Assembly: GCA_964549615.1 (NCBI GenBank)
Contig: CAZJVP010000020.1
Span: 128,001-192,000, forward strand
Reading direction: 5' to 3'
Source of the DNA: an uncultured Thermococci archaeon
GTDB taxonomy: Archaea; CAYQAE01; CAYVLA01
Length of the DNA: 64,000 nucleotides
Part shown: one piece after another, positions 9,281-19,240 of the stretch
How positions within the stretch are numbered: the first letter of the stretch is position 1
How the letters are laid out: every line of letters begins with the position of its first letter
Position numbers and translations under genes: made by a program
The notes under the pieces: generated by a model
Seen by the model: the letters and a program-made list of their open reading frames with translations, nothing else
The model's database searches: none
What the model was told of the DNA's origin: nothing

Positions 9281-10971
9281 GAACCTTTAGCGGTCAAGGA
9301 CCATCGAAGCCCCTTTATGGCCTTCCCCTCTTCCCCGATGATTCTGAAGTAGAATCCCCATGCACCGCGATGGTTGGTCACCTTCAGCATGATAGGGATC
9401 GTTCCCCCCGGTAGTTCGACCGTCATCCGGTCCTGATCGGGTTCGGCGCCCCTTATTTTGTCGAGCGCGAAGACCTGCCTGCCCCCGATCCAGAGCTTTG
9501 CCCCGTCGTCGCTTCCGAGGAGCACCACGCCCCTTGCCCGATCGCGGACATTAGCGTACGTAAGGGCGTACGCGCACATATGCTCATGCGGATGCATGAT
9601 TCGGCGCAGATCCACGAAACCCGTGCTCGCCACGCGGGCCGGGCGCCACCTAACCCTGCCCGATGCACCTTCATACGACGCATCAAGGTCGATCTCCATC
9701 TCCGGCGGGTACGCGGTCGAGAAGCCAACGCCTTCACGGTTGTCAAAGGGCCCAATGACGTTCCAAGCCTTCGGGGAACCCCAGGGGGACAGAAAGTCCA
9801 CCGTCTTCCCCTCGCGGATCCTGCGGGCAGCTTCGCGGATCCTTGAGTCGGGGAACGGCTCTGCTTTCCGCATGACGTCTATGTAGTCCTCAAGGTTCTC
9901 AACCACCGGCAGCTCGTCGCTCGCTTGCCCGTTGTATCGCACCATCTCGTCCTTGCTAAGCTGCCAGAGCGTTGAGCCATGGCAGTATATCCAGACGTAT
10001 CTCTTGCAGACCATGCGCGAGACTGCGAACTGCGTTCGGAACTCTTGGACGGAGTAGTTCTCGCTCTTGTCCGCATAAGACCCAACTATCCTGTCGCCAA
10101 ACTTCTCCCTCTTGCCCCCGTAGCCGAGGAACTTGCCCGTCTCGTCGAAGATCTGACGATAGTACCCCAGCGGCCAGAGCCCGAAGGAGATCGAACATCT
10201 TTGCCTCCAATACGGCCGCGATTCCCTGGCCAGGATCGCCTTAGCGAGCGCGTTTAGATCCTGTGCGTATCTGATGAGCCATTCGGGGTTAGTCCTAAGG
10301 TACGTCTCCTCGGTCAGGAGGTGCAGTCCCCCCGGGCAATCGCGGTCTGCCATCTCAACGCACATGCCACGGAAGAGGTCCGCAGCGAGCTCCCCGTAGC
10401 ACTCCGGTCCCTGAGGGAGGTGAAGGACTTCCATCTCCGGGAATTCCTCGACCATGGATCGCACTATCTGGGCTCCCCGTTGCTCGGACTTCTCGCGCAG
10501 ACGCGAGAACGGGTACCCCGGTTTCCTGTAGCCCTCCCACGATAGGTCGTAGATCTCACTGACGTACTCGATGTCTATGGCAAGCCCCCGGAAAAGGCCC
10601 TCGCGCGCAAAGATCGCGGCCTGCCTGAAGTTCTCCAACAACCGCGCCCATCCCGAATCGTCAAACCAGTCGGGCAGGCGGGTGTAAAAGGCTACCTTGA
10701 TGAAGTTCCGATCGATGCCTTGTTCCGCGCACGCCCGGTTCATCGCCCTGGTCCGTCGAAGAAGGGGATTGCTCGCCCCGACTATGCGTTTGCCATCCGC
10801 AAACCACACATCGCTGTCCCAGTTCGACATTATCTTGGCGAGCATGAAGCCCCGTATTCCGCGTTGCGCCCAAGCACCCGCAGTGTCCGCCACATACTCA
10901 AAGGGGATAGTGGCGAACAGTAGGGTGGCCGGATATTGCGAAGGCGCTTCCTGAGAATCCAACTCGATCAT
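9277..10971 (-). CDS. Hypothetical glycoside-hydrolase-like TIM barrel with C-terminal PA14-like beta domain
   Basis: 564 aa; FRGLAIDIEY (DxE at the end of a beta strand); C-terminal WNVIGPFDN...AYALTY...LGSDDGAKLW...IMLKV..GAWGF module. Confidence 0.6.
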   Translation of the reverse strand: MIELDSQEAPSQYPATLLFATIPFEYVADTAGAWAQRGIRGFMLAKIMSNWDSDVWFADGKRIVGASNPLLRRTRAMNRACAEQGIDRNFIKVAFYTRLPDWFDDSGWARLLENFRQAAIFAREGLFRGLAIDIEYVSEIYDLSWEGYRKPGYPFSRLREKSEQRGAQIVRSMVEEFPEMEVLHLPQGPECYGELAADLFRGMCVEMADRDCPGGLHLLTEETYLRTNPEWLIRYAQDLNALAKAILARESRPYWRQRCSISFGLWPLGYYRQIFDETGKFLGYGGKREKFGDRIVGSYADKSENYSVQEFRTQFAVSRMVCKRYVWIYCHGSTLWQLSKDEMVRYNGQASDELPVVENLEDYIDVMRKAEPFPDSRIREAARRIREGKTVDFLSPWGSPKAWNVIGPFDNREGVGFSTAYPPEMEIDLDASYEGASGRVRWRPARVASTGFVDLRRIMHPHEHMCAYALTYANVRDRARGVVLLGSDDGAKLWIGGRQVFALDKIRGAEPDQDRMTVELPGGTIPIMLKVTNHRGAWGFYFRIIGEEGKAIKGLRWSLTAKGS

Positions 10972-11215
10972 CCTCGCCAGTAGCCCAGGTGCTGCGGATA
11001 ATTATTTCGCACCATTCCCGCGAAAGACTCCCGTGGTTGCGAGCATTGCCCGCTTGCCCAGTTTCGGGACGATCGTCCTAGTATCCGTGATATCGGGTTC
11101 AACTCTGATCCACAGGAGGAAGGCATCCTGCCCGAAGACATGGGTCCGACGGGCACCATCGGCGACGCCCGGTCCAAGCTGAAGGCGAGCCCGAGACCTG
11201 CCATCCCACCTAAGG

Positions 11216-12082
11216 TCAGGACTGCAGGCGAATTGCCTCCGGCCCCTTCGTTGCCCCGAGAACCAGTTTGTAAGGAACCTCCTCCATCAGGTTCTCGATC
11301 CCGGATCTGGACTCAAAGATCGACGGGTCAAGGAACTCCTCTATCGGCCCCTCTTCCTTTGCCTCGCGGGACACGCCGTACCAGTATACGATCATCCCGT
11401 GGCCATAGGCCTCTTCGTACCGGCTGACCTGGTATCTGTGGTGTCTGCGTATGTGCTGCAGATCGCCGAAGAAGGCCTTGCTCTCAATCCAACAGATGTT
11501 GTTCCTGCCGTCTATCCTCTGCGGTGACTGAAAGAGAAAGTCAGGGGTCGGAATGCCGGCTCCAGCCTTTTGGTCCTGCTCGGTCTGGAACTTCAGCCCC
11601 TTCTCGGAAAGCCAACTGGTCAAGAGGGCCTCGCCCACCTTGCCGAGCTCCCGGTAGATCTGGAGGGACCAAGGGGAGTCCATGTAGTCCGACCTGACCA
11701 CCCTGGCTATCTCGGATGCCATTCGCCTGTGATCCCTGGGGAGGTCGTGCTCGATCTCAGTGCCCATGACCATCTTGCGGAAGTCCGTCTTCGACACCCC
11801 GATCTCCGATGCTATGATGCGACCGATCACGATTGGGGGAAACGACCTCATTCGGGCGATCGTCTCAACCGTTTCACCCCTTCTCCACTGTCCCGCCAAC
11901 CTGGGCGAGAGAGCCTTCACCTTCCAGTAGTTTCGTATCACGTACCGCCTGTAGTCCTGGGTGTGGATGGCTACCAAAAGACCCGTTGGCAGGCCGGTTG
12001 CCCGGTGGATTCGAGGAATGTCGCCGATCCATCTGATGCGAGACGATAGAGCCCGGCACTCCCTCTCAGTGAGTTCCCTCAA
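11216..12082 (-). CDS. C15orf41/CDIN1-like (TPD-domain) PD-(D/E)xK nuclease
   Basis: HTH-like N-terminus, then GEALL...FQTE...PTPDFLF...WIESKAFFGD...QVSRY...GHGMIVYWYG. Confidence 0.85.
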   Translation of the reverse strand: MRELTERECRALSSRIRWIGDIPRIHRATGLPTGLLVAIHTQDYRRYVIRNYWKVKALSPRLAGQWRRGETVETIARMRSFPPIVIGRIIASEIGVSKTDFRKMVMGTEIEHDLPRDHRRMASEIARVVRSDYMDSPWSLQIYRELGKVGEALLTSWLSEKGLKFQTEQDQKAGAGIPTPDFLFQSPQRIDGRNNICWIESKAFFGDLQHIRRHHRYQVSRYEEAYGHGMIVYWYGVSREAKEEGPIEEFLDPSIFESRSGIENLMEEVPYKLVLGATKGPEAIRLQS

Positions 12083-12189
12083 GAAACCATCTTCGAAAGC
12101 GCGGCCGTTCTCGGGCCGCCCAAACTATATCCTTAGGTATTTTTGTGATCTGCCAGATAAATGTCTTACCAATGCCGACCTTGCGTGCA

Positions 12190-13155
12190 TCAAGATTTCG
12201 CCAAGTCGGCGCTCCGGCCCCTTCGGACCTTCTCGCCGTACCATCCTCCGGTAACGTGCAGGTAGGCATTTACCGCCGCGGTGATCCCTTGGCCCACAGC
12301 AACGCCGATCTGATGGACGCCACCCGTGATGTCCCCCGCAGCATAGACCCCCGGGACGTTCGTCTCCTGTCTCCGATTCACCACGATAAAGCCTTCCTCG
12401 TCGGTTGAGACCCCTGCATCCCTTGCCAGTTCACTTCGAGGCACCTCCCCGACGGCGATGAACACGCCATCAACCTCGATGCTCATGATCCTGCCGTCCC
12501 CAGTGTCCTGCAGGACCACTCGATCCACATCTTTCTCGCCCTGGATCTCCACGACCTGCTTGTTCCAGAGCATCTCGATCCCGCTGTCTAGGACTCGCTG
12601 CTTCAGGACAGCATCGGCCCTGAGATCCGATCTCCGGTGCGCCATGAAGACCTTCCCGGCGATCTGCCTTAGATACAGGGCCTCCATCGCCGCCGCGTTC
12701 CCCCCGCCCACCACCATCACTCTGCTCCCCCTGAAGAAAACGCCATCGCACACGGCACAGTAACTCACGCCGCGGCCCCTGAACCGCTCCTCTCCAGGGA
12801 CTCCCAGTCCCTTGTGGGTACAACCAGTAGCAATTATGACGGCGTCTGAGCGAATCTCATCAGAGGCGGTGACCACACGTTTGCTTTCCCTGCCAAGATC
12901 CAGCCGCACAACCGTCTCAGGGATGATTGTCCTGAGGCCGGCAGATTCAGCCTGCCGACGCATCCGGTCGACGAGTTCAAGCCCGCGGATCGCCTCGACC
13001 CCAGGGTAGTTCTCTACCAACCAAGCCTCAGCGGCCAGACCGCCTGCCACCTCACCTATCAGGATGGTCCGGATTCCAAGCCTGGCGCCATATAGGCCAG
13101 CCGAAAGGCCAGCCGGCCCCGCTCCGACGACCGCGAGGTCGCAATCCTGCGACAT
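12190..13155 (-). CDS. trxB: Thioredoxin-disulfide reductase
   Basis: GAGPAG, ENYPG, GRGVSYCAVCDG, GGGNAA, HRR, TNVPGVYAAGD. Confidence 0.95.
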   Translation of the reverse strand: MSQDCDLAVVGAGPAGLSAGLYGARLGIRTILIGEVAGGLAAEAWLVENYPGVEAIRGLELVDRMRRQAESAGLRTIIPETVVRLDLGRESKRVVTASDEIRSDAVIIATGCTHKGLGVPGEERFRGRGVSYCAVCDGVFFRGSRVMVVGGGNAAAMEALYLRQIAGKVFMAHRRSDLRADAVLKQRVLDSGIEMLWNKQVVEIQGEKDVDRVVLQDTGDGRIMSIEVDGVFIAVGEVPRSELARDAGVSTDEEGFIVVNRRQETNVPGVYAAGDITGGVHQIGVAVGQGITAAVNAYLHVTGGWYGEKVRRGRSADLAKS

Positions 13156-13410
13156 CCTCTCCTGAGCCTCACCGGAGGGGCACCAGAAAAATATGTCGCC
13201 AGGTATCTGAGCCCCGCTTCCCCGTGCGTGCTTGGCCCGCCTGTTGTCGCCTCAAGGACATTGCATTCGATGACATCGTCGCTTGGGCTATTCTCGATTC
13301 CAAGCATAAGCCTGGCCTGGCCAGGACCTGACTGCAACGGGGATTCGCGAACCCGCGGCAAGATACGCAAACTTGGCTTCATTTTTCAAGAAACGGTCCA
13401 ACTGCTCTAG

Positions 13411-15963
13411 GTGGGCCAAAGGATCGCTCCGTTGGACCTAGCAAGGCCCTTCGGATGTTTGGTTAGGAAGTCTCCCCACAAGGACGAGTTCACCATCTCA
13501 TTCTACCGCAAGGGTCTCATCCTCGCAGAAGCCCACATCGCCACCGTGGAAGACCTCAAACCCTTCAGGTGTCGAATCCATGCAAACGAAGTGGACTTCT
13601 TCATGCAGCCGAAGGAGCTCCTCGCAATAGTCAAGAAGGCAAGGCAGCTGGTCATGTTGGACGACGAAGCGACCAGAGCGGTGGGGCGACAACTCCAAGC
13701 TCTGTTTCATAGCGCTCCACAGGCCTGGGCGAAGCCTTGCAGGTTGTGCATGTTGCAGGGATCCGTCAAGATCCCGCTCCCGCCAATAAGGTATGGGGCC
13801 CAAGAGATATGTTTGAAGTGCGCCAAATCACAGTTGCTCAAGGAAGCACGTGCAAGAGGGTTCCAGGTGAACGACGCCTTGGCAGTTCACCTGGGGCGGG
13901 TGCTGGAGAGGGCGCGGGACTACGACACCGCCTCCAGGATCATCTCGGCTGAGTATGATCCGGACCGCGATTGGCATCTCAGCGTTTACGACGTGATCGA
14001 GAAGAAGCCGTCGAAAGGCGACAGAATGCCGATCGAGAAAATCGTCGATCTACACCCGAACCCGGATCATGCCGCCCAGCTAACATCAAGGCTCAAAGAG
14101 ATCGGCATCGAATCGCTGCTTCCCGTGCAGGCCGCGGCCGTCAAGGAAGGTCTTCTGAGCGGTCGTAACATCCTCATCGTTTCCTCCACTTCAAGTGGCA
14201 AGACCCTGATAGCGGAAATGGCTGGAATCCCGCGGGCCCTGGGCGGGGCCAAGTTCCTTTACCTGACGCCTTTGGTGGCGCTTGCCAACCTCCGATACTG
14301 TGAATTCGAGGGCAAGTACAGTGGGCTTGGCCTCAGGACTGCAATTAGGGTCGGAGTCGGCCGGATTAGGACGGGACGGAAGCTTGACCTCAACATGGAC
14401 ATCAAGGGCTCCCAGATAGTCGTCGGCACATACGAGGGGGTAGAGCAGACGCTGAGATCGGGCGCGGCCAGGCTCCTGGGCGAGGTAGGGGTCGTCGCGA
14501 TCGACGAGATCCAGAACCTTGCGGATAGCGAGAGGGGACCGAGGCTGGACGGTCTCATCAAGAAGCTCAAGGTTCTATTTCCCCGCGCTCAGTTCCTCTA
14601 CCTGTCTGCCACGGTTGGGAATCCGTCCGAGCTGGCAGCCCAGCTGAAGGCGCACCTCATCCTGCATGACGAGCGCCCGGTGCCCCTCGAGAGGCACGTC
14701 ATCCCCATATCGACGCCGGGCGAGAAGATGCGGCTAATGAGGAAACTGATCGAAAGGGAATTCGCCGCGGTCTCCCCCGAGGGTTACAGAGGCCAAACGC
14801 TGGTTTTCACGAACTCGCGCAGAAAGTGCCAACAGATCGCCGCCGCCCTCTCCAACCCCTCAGCGCCTGTCAAGGCCTACCACTCGGGACTTTCCTACGA
14901 GAGGAGGAGGGCGCTTGAGTCCGAGTTCATGAAACAGCAGATTGCGGCCGTTATCACGACCTCAGCTCTGGCAGCGGGTGTCGATCTCCCAGCCTCACAA
15001 GTTATCTTCGAGACCCTGGCAATGGGCATGGAATGGATCACCCCATCCGAATTCCACCAGATGCTGGGCAGGGCTGGCAGGTTGGGCTACCACGGAGCGG
15101 GGAAGGCCGTTATGCTGATCGAACCAGGCCGTACGTTCAGCAGGGCGGAGAAGCGTACGGAGGATCAGGTAGCGATGGATCTTCTCACGAGCAAAATCGA
15201 CCCGGTGAAGCCATCATACACCCAAGGACAGCTCGCCGAACAGATCCTTGCGGACGTGAGCACGTTCGGCGTTCTGAGTCCGTCCGAGCTTGAGCGGATC
15301 CAGGAAAACAGCGTGGGATTTGCATCCGAGACCGCGCCTCTCGTCGACGGGCTCGTGCGTTCGGGGATGGTCCGGAAAAGGGGCGGGTTTCTGGTGATAA
15401 CGAGCATCGGGCGGACCGCGTCCGAGTTCTTTCTCTCCGAGGAAGAAGTCGCCTTCATGGTAAGGGCCGTCAAGAAAGGTTCCCCTCCTTTGAGCACGGT
15501 CGTGGCAACGAGCGCCTTCGACCGGGTCTACGTATCCGAGAAGCTGCAGAAGAACATGGAGCGGTCATTCAAGAGGGAGACCTCCAGCAGATTCTTCGAT
15601 TCGGAGGTCCTGGACCTCCTATCGAGGCCCAAGGGCGTATTTTCAGACTGGTTCAAAGAAGCGATCGGGAGGATCACGCTCGACATCTTGGCCTGCGACT
15701 GTCGCGATTCGCCGCACTGCGAATGCCCCCCGAGGAAGCTATCGGCGATAATCCTGCAGCTGCGGATCTCCGGCCGCTCCCCGGAAGCCATATCGAACGA
15801 GATCATGGAGAGATACGGAATCGAGGTCTACCCGGGAGACGTCCTTGAGTACCTAAACGACGCCGCAAGGCTCAGCGAAGCACTGTGCAGGCTCTGCGAC
15901 GTATTGAACAGGCCCAAGCTCGCCGACAGATCCCACGAGCTCTACCTGAAGATCGTCGGATGA
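13411..15963 (+). CDS. Archaea-specific Ski2-like SF2 helicase (ASH-Ski2/COG1202)
   Basis: N-terminal CRLC..ICLKC, LLPVQ, TSSGKT, PLVALAN, DEIQ, LSATVGNP, AAGVDLPA, QMLGRAGR, C-terminal CDCRDSPHCEC. Confidence 0.92.
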   Translation: MGQRIAPLDLARPFGCLVRKSPHKDEFTISFYRKGLILAEAHIATVEDLKPFRCRIHANEVDFFMQPKELLAIVKKARQLVMLDDEATRAVGRQLQALFHSAPQAWAKPCRLCMLQGSVKIPLPPIRYGAQEICLKCAKSQLLKEARARGFQVNDALAVHLGRVLERARDYDTASRIISAEYDPDRDWHLSVYDVIEKKPSKGDRMPIEKIVDLHPNPDHAAQLTSRLKEIGIESLLPVQAAAVKEGLLSGRNILIVSSTSSGKTLIAEMAGIPRALGGAKFLYLTPLVALANLRYCEFEGKYSGLGLRTAIRVGVGRIRTGRKLDLNMDIKGSQIVVGTYEGVEQTLRSGAARLLGEVGVVAIDEIQNLADSERGPRLDGLIKKLKVLFPRAQFLYLSATVGNPSELAAQLKAHLILHDERPVPLERHVIPISTPGEKMRLMRKLIEREFAAVSPEGYRGQTLVFTNSRRKCQQIAAALSNPSAPVKAYHSGLSYERRRALESEFMKQQIAAVITTSALAAGVDLPASQVIFETLAMGMEWITPSEFHQMLGRAGRLGYHGAGKAVMLIEPGRTFSRAEKRTEDQVAMDLLTSKIDPVKPSYTQGQLAEQILADVSTFGVLSPSELERIQENSVGFASETAPLVDGLVRSGMVRKRGGFLVITSIGRTASEFFLSEEEVAFMVRAVKKGSPPLSTVVATSAFDRVYVSEKLQKNMERSFKRETSSRFFDSEVLDLLSRPKGVFSDWFKEAIGRITLDILACDCRDSPHCECPPRKLSAIILQLRISGRSPEAISNEIMERYGIEVYPGDVLEYLNDAARLSEALCRLCDVLNRPKLADRSHELYLKIVG

Positions 15964-15966
15964 TCT

Positions 15967-17472
15967 CTAGAGCATGTCGACGAAGGCCTGCAGCTCACGA
16001 TCTGAGTCGAGCCTAACCTTCATTATCGAGTGAATCCTGCAGAAAGCCTCGATCTCACCTGTTAGGTCTCCCGGGCTCGCCGAGTAGTGATTCGACCCGG
16101 CCGCGGAAATTAGAAGATCGCGGGGCGCGCTTATCTTAATGGGCGTGTTTGGCCACATCTTGCCCCAGACTATCTTCTCCCTTATGTCTTCGGTCATGCG
16201 CACTATCTGGCCCTTCCCGTACTGCATCCAGTATTCGCCGTCGATGCGCGTCAGCCGGGCAACCGTCACGTCCGAGGGCTTGCTGTAGAAGCCGACCGCG
16301 CCGCCGGAGGCCCCCTGGACTTGCCCCTTGATCCAAACCTCGGGGAGGCACTCGGATGCATGGGGTGAAAGGCAGGAATAGTAGATCGAGGCTGCTCCGC
16401 AGTTCGAGATTATCATGAGGTTGTCATCGACGTACTTCAGGTCCCCGAATAGCGGTGGCGACTCAGGATTCATCTGGTGAAGCAGCGCACAGGTCACCAG
16501 GCCCTTTACATCCCCCTCGCAAACCACGGGGATCGCTGGCTTGGGACCCTCGGCATCCTCCGGATACGGGATCAGTGCTGGGATGAGACAGGGCGTTACC
16601 CCGTATTCCACGGAGAGCTCTGGCTGGCATCTTATCGAAGCCCCCATGATCGGCTCACCGCCGGCCAATTTCTCCGAAAGGTCATCCTTGGCTGCAAGGT
16701 AGAGCGCCACTTCCTTCCTGAGCGATTCCTGCGTCAACATGCGGTCGTCGAACTCGATCTTGCATCCCAGCCTGCGAAGCCAGGAAATCGTCCTATCGAT
16801 CCGATTCGCCTCGCGCAATATCTTCTCTGCACGCCGTACCAAGCCCTGTTGTTCCTCCATGAAGAAGTCCCCGACCATGAAGCTCTTCAGCCTCGGTAGG
16901 TCGTCCTGAAGGTGCTCCATCCTCAGGCAGTACGAAGCACCCCAGAGGACCAGGGACCCCCGCGCCAGCCTAGAAGCCGCCGAAACGCCCCGTACCCAAG
17001 GAAGGATCTTTTCCGGCCGCCCCTGGAGCCGCTGATGCCTGAGCATGTTGTCGTTGGATGCGTTCTCCCAAAAGCTTGCGCCGGTTGAGGAAAGACACGT
17101 TGAGCCGGCCCACGCTGGATTATGTTCCGCGTACAGCAGCACGGGCAGATCCAACTCCCTCACCAGCATGATCGGCAACATCGGCTCCGTCCAGTGCCAG
17201 CAACCCAGTATGAGAGCCTCCGCACCCTCGGTTCTGAGGATACGCGCGGCCTGCTCCACCTCGCGTTTTGTGCGGAGACCGAACATGTCTTTCTCGGTCC
17301 ACCGCCTCCTAAGCCTCGACATCGGGTCGACGACCTTTATGCCGCTTCGCCTCAGGAAACTTGTCAAGGATCGATGCTTTTCGTGAAGATAGGCTTCGCG
17401 CTCCATGGCCAGTCCAGTGTCTCTCGGATCGGTGAAGGTGATCACGCCCACTACGGCTTTGGGTTCGACCAT
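15967..17472 (-). CDS. L-fucose/L-arabinose isomerase-family protein
   Basis: ITFTDPR, CQPELS, VCEGD...FGD and SNHY metal-ligand motifs; start reassigned to MVEPK. Confidence 0.85.
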   Translation of the reverse strand: MVEPKAVVGVITFTDPRDTGLAMEREAYLHEKHRSLTSFLRRSGIKVVDPMSRLRRRWTEKDMFGLRTKREVEQAARILRTEGAEALILGCWHWTEPMLPIMLVRELDLPVLLYAEHNPAWAGSTCLSSTGASFWENASNDNMLRHQRLQGRPEKILPWVRGVSAASRLARGSLVLWGASYCLRMEHLQDDLPRLKSFMVGDFFMEEQQGLVRRAEKILREANRIDRTISWLRRLGCKIEFDDRMLTQESLRKEVALYLAAKDDLSEKLAGGEPIMGASIRCQPELSVEYGVTPCLIPALIPYPEDAEGPKPAIPVVCEGDVKGLVTCALLHQMNPESPPLFGDLKYVDDNLMIISNCGAASIYYSCLSPHASECLPEVWIKGQVQGASGGAVGFYSKPSDVTVARLTRIDGEYWMQYGKGQIVRMTEDIREKIVWGKMWPNTPIKISAPRDLLISAAGSNHYSASPGDLTGEIEAFCRIHSIMKVRLDSDRELQAFVDML

Positions 17473-17640
17473 CAGGCCACCACGCGCCCACGGCCAAGGG
17501 GGCAATAAATATCTTTTTTCGCACGCGCTCGTTATTTTTCCAGACCATATCCGCCAATCGGTAAGTCAATGAAACCATTCATCGCCCCAGGCATATACTT
17601 ATAACTAACATCCGACTTCGTCGTCGCAAGGAGTCCAACC

Positions 17641-18672
17641 TTGACCCGGGCGCGCAACAACCTGCCGGCAACAATGATGCTCCTCGCAGCCGGTGCGTTC
17701 GTGGTGGTTCTCCTCGCGGGCTGGGTCGGCGGGAAGGGGTTCGTTAGGCGAATCGGCACGCTTTCGCCGGGTTACCTTCTGCTCGCCCTCTGCGTGGAGA
17801 TTTGCTTCATGCTTCTGGGAACGTTGAGATGGTCGATCATCATACGCGCCCAGGGAGGCAGAATACCAAGGGAGCTCCTGGCGATTAGCTTCTCAGGAGC
17901 CTTCCTCAACAACATCACCCCCGTATCCAGGACGGGTGGCGAGCCCGTCCGAGCCTACATGCTCAGTAGGGCAAACGGCACCACATTCGAGGAGGCAATG
18001 GCCACGGTCGTCGCGGACCGCGTCTTCGACATGGTTCCGTTCGTCCTGATCTGCCTCGTCTCTTTCGCACTCATCACGGCCTTCGGAGTTGCGCCCGGTC
18101 CCCTTGTGCTTGGTCTCATGTTGCTCGGTCTTGTCGCCGCGGCCGTCCTCTCCACCATCCTGATCGTGGCATCCCTAAGGAAGGAGGCGGGCGTGAAGCT
18201 TGTCCTGCTCGTGGTCGGAAGGCTTGAGCCGTTCGTGCGACGTTTCAGGCCGGGCCACGACATCAAGGCAGGGACTCTGCAGGTGCTCGAGAGGTTCTAC
18301 AGGGGCACCAGGAGCATAGCCGGTAGGAGGAGCGTGCTTGCCCGGGGGACCCTCATCTCCTTCATCCTCTGGCTAACCATAATCCTCAGGCTCAAGATAG
18401 TCTTCCTCTCCGTCGGTTCGGATCTTCCCCTCATCATAGTGAACGTCGTGGCCGTCGCATCCACGTTCTCCGGTTTCGCCCCCCTTCTCCCTGGCGGGCT
18501 AGGGGCAACCGAGGCAACGATGATCGCACTCTTCGTTGGATTCGGGACCCCAAACGATGTGGCAGCAACCGCCGTGCTGGTCGACAGGGTTGTATCGTAC
18601 TGGTTCGTGACCGCGATCGGCGCCTTAACCTCTGTCCGCCTATCCCTGAAACTCAGGGACGTGGAGCGATAA
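17641..18672 (+). CDS. UPF0104 / lysylphosphatidylglycerol-synthase TM (flippase-like) protein
   Basis: LRW, FLNNITPVSRTGGEPVRAY, DRVFD, PGGLGATE, LVDRVVSYW. Confidence 0.9.
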   Translation: MTRARNNLPATMMLLAAGAFVVVLLAGWVGGKGFVRRIGTLSPGYLLLALCVEICFMLLGTLRWSIIIRAQGGRIPRELLAISFSGAFLNNITPVSRTGGEPVRAYMLSRANGTTFEEAMATVVADRVFDMVPFVLICLVSFALITAFGVAPGPLVLGLMLLGLVAAAVLSTILIVASLRKEAGVKLVLLVVGRLEPFVRRFRPGHDIKAGTLQVLERFYRGTRSIAGRRSVLARGTLISFILWLTIILRLKIVFLSVGSDLPLIIVNVVAVASTFSGFAPLLPGGLGATEATMIALFVGFGTPNDVAATAVLVDRVVSYWFVTAIGALTSVRLSLKLRDVER

Positions 18673-18679
18673 GGGTAAC

Positions 18680-19240
18680 TCATCCAAGCTTCCTGGCAAC
18701 GACCTTGCGCAGCTTGGTGCCGCAGACGGGGCAAAAGACTCCCTGGCTGAAATCCCTCTCACAGGCCGGACAGGTCATCTTCCACTCGTACACTGACGCT
18801 ATCCCGCGGGTCCCTATCGATCTGTACCCGATTCCCAGGACCTTACACATATTCTGGAGCCCATAGTCGTCGGTCAGAATGACGGGGTAAAGCCCTGCCC
18901 CTCTCAGGTCCACGGCCAACGCGATGAGCTTGATATCCGTTTCGGAGAGTTCGCCGCCTATCCGGGCAAGCCTCCCCCTGACCAGCCTGACGCTCTCAGC
19001 GGAGGAATCCCAGACCCGCAGCCGCCCGGACTCGATGAAAGCGCCGACCAAGCCTGCAGCGGCCAGGCCACGGGCCTCCTCCACAACCTCTGGGACGGTA
19101 TAGTGCGCTGTCGAGGCAGTGGGAACATATCCGCTTATGACCGATGAAGTGTCCAAGACGAAGACCCGCGTCCTGATGCGACTATCCCCCGATCCTTTGA
19201 CGAAGCTTCGCCCAGAAAAGGTCCGGACGCAGCACAGCAA
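18680..19240 (-). CDS. nob1: Nob1-family PIN endonuclease with Zn ribbon
   Basis: VLDTSS, TVPEVVEE, LSETDIKLIALA, LTDDYGLQN, CPAC...CPVCG. True start uncertain (see findings). Confidence 0.9.
   Translation of the reverse strand: MLCCVRTFSGRSFVKGSGDSRIRTRVFVLDTSSVISGYVPTASTAHYTVPEVVEEARGLAAAGLVGAFIESGRLRVWDSSAESVRLVRGRLARIGGELSETDIKLIALAVDLRGAGLYPVILTDDYGLQNMCKVLGIGYRSIGTRGIASVYEWKMTCPACERDFSQGVFCPVCGTKLRKVVARKLG

Noticed and set aside
13228-13410. 60-aa ORF whose TAG sits directly before, and in frame with, the helicase GTG; possible amber (pyrrolysine) readthrough
   Set aside because: The upstream peptide looks non-coding, the helicase N-terminal domain appears complete without it, and TAG is the main true stop in this window.
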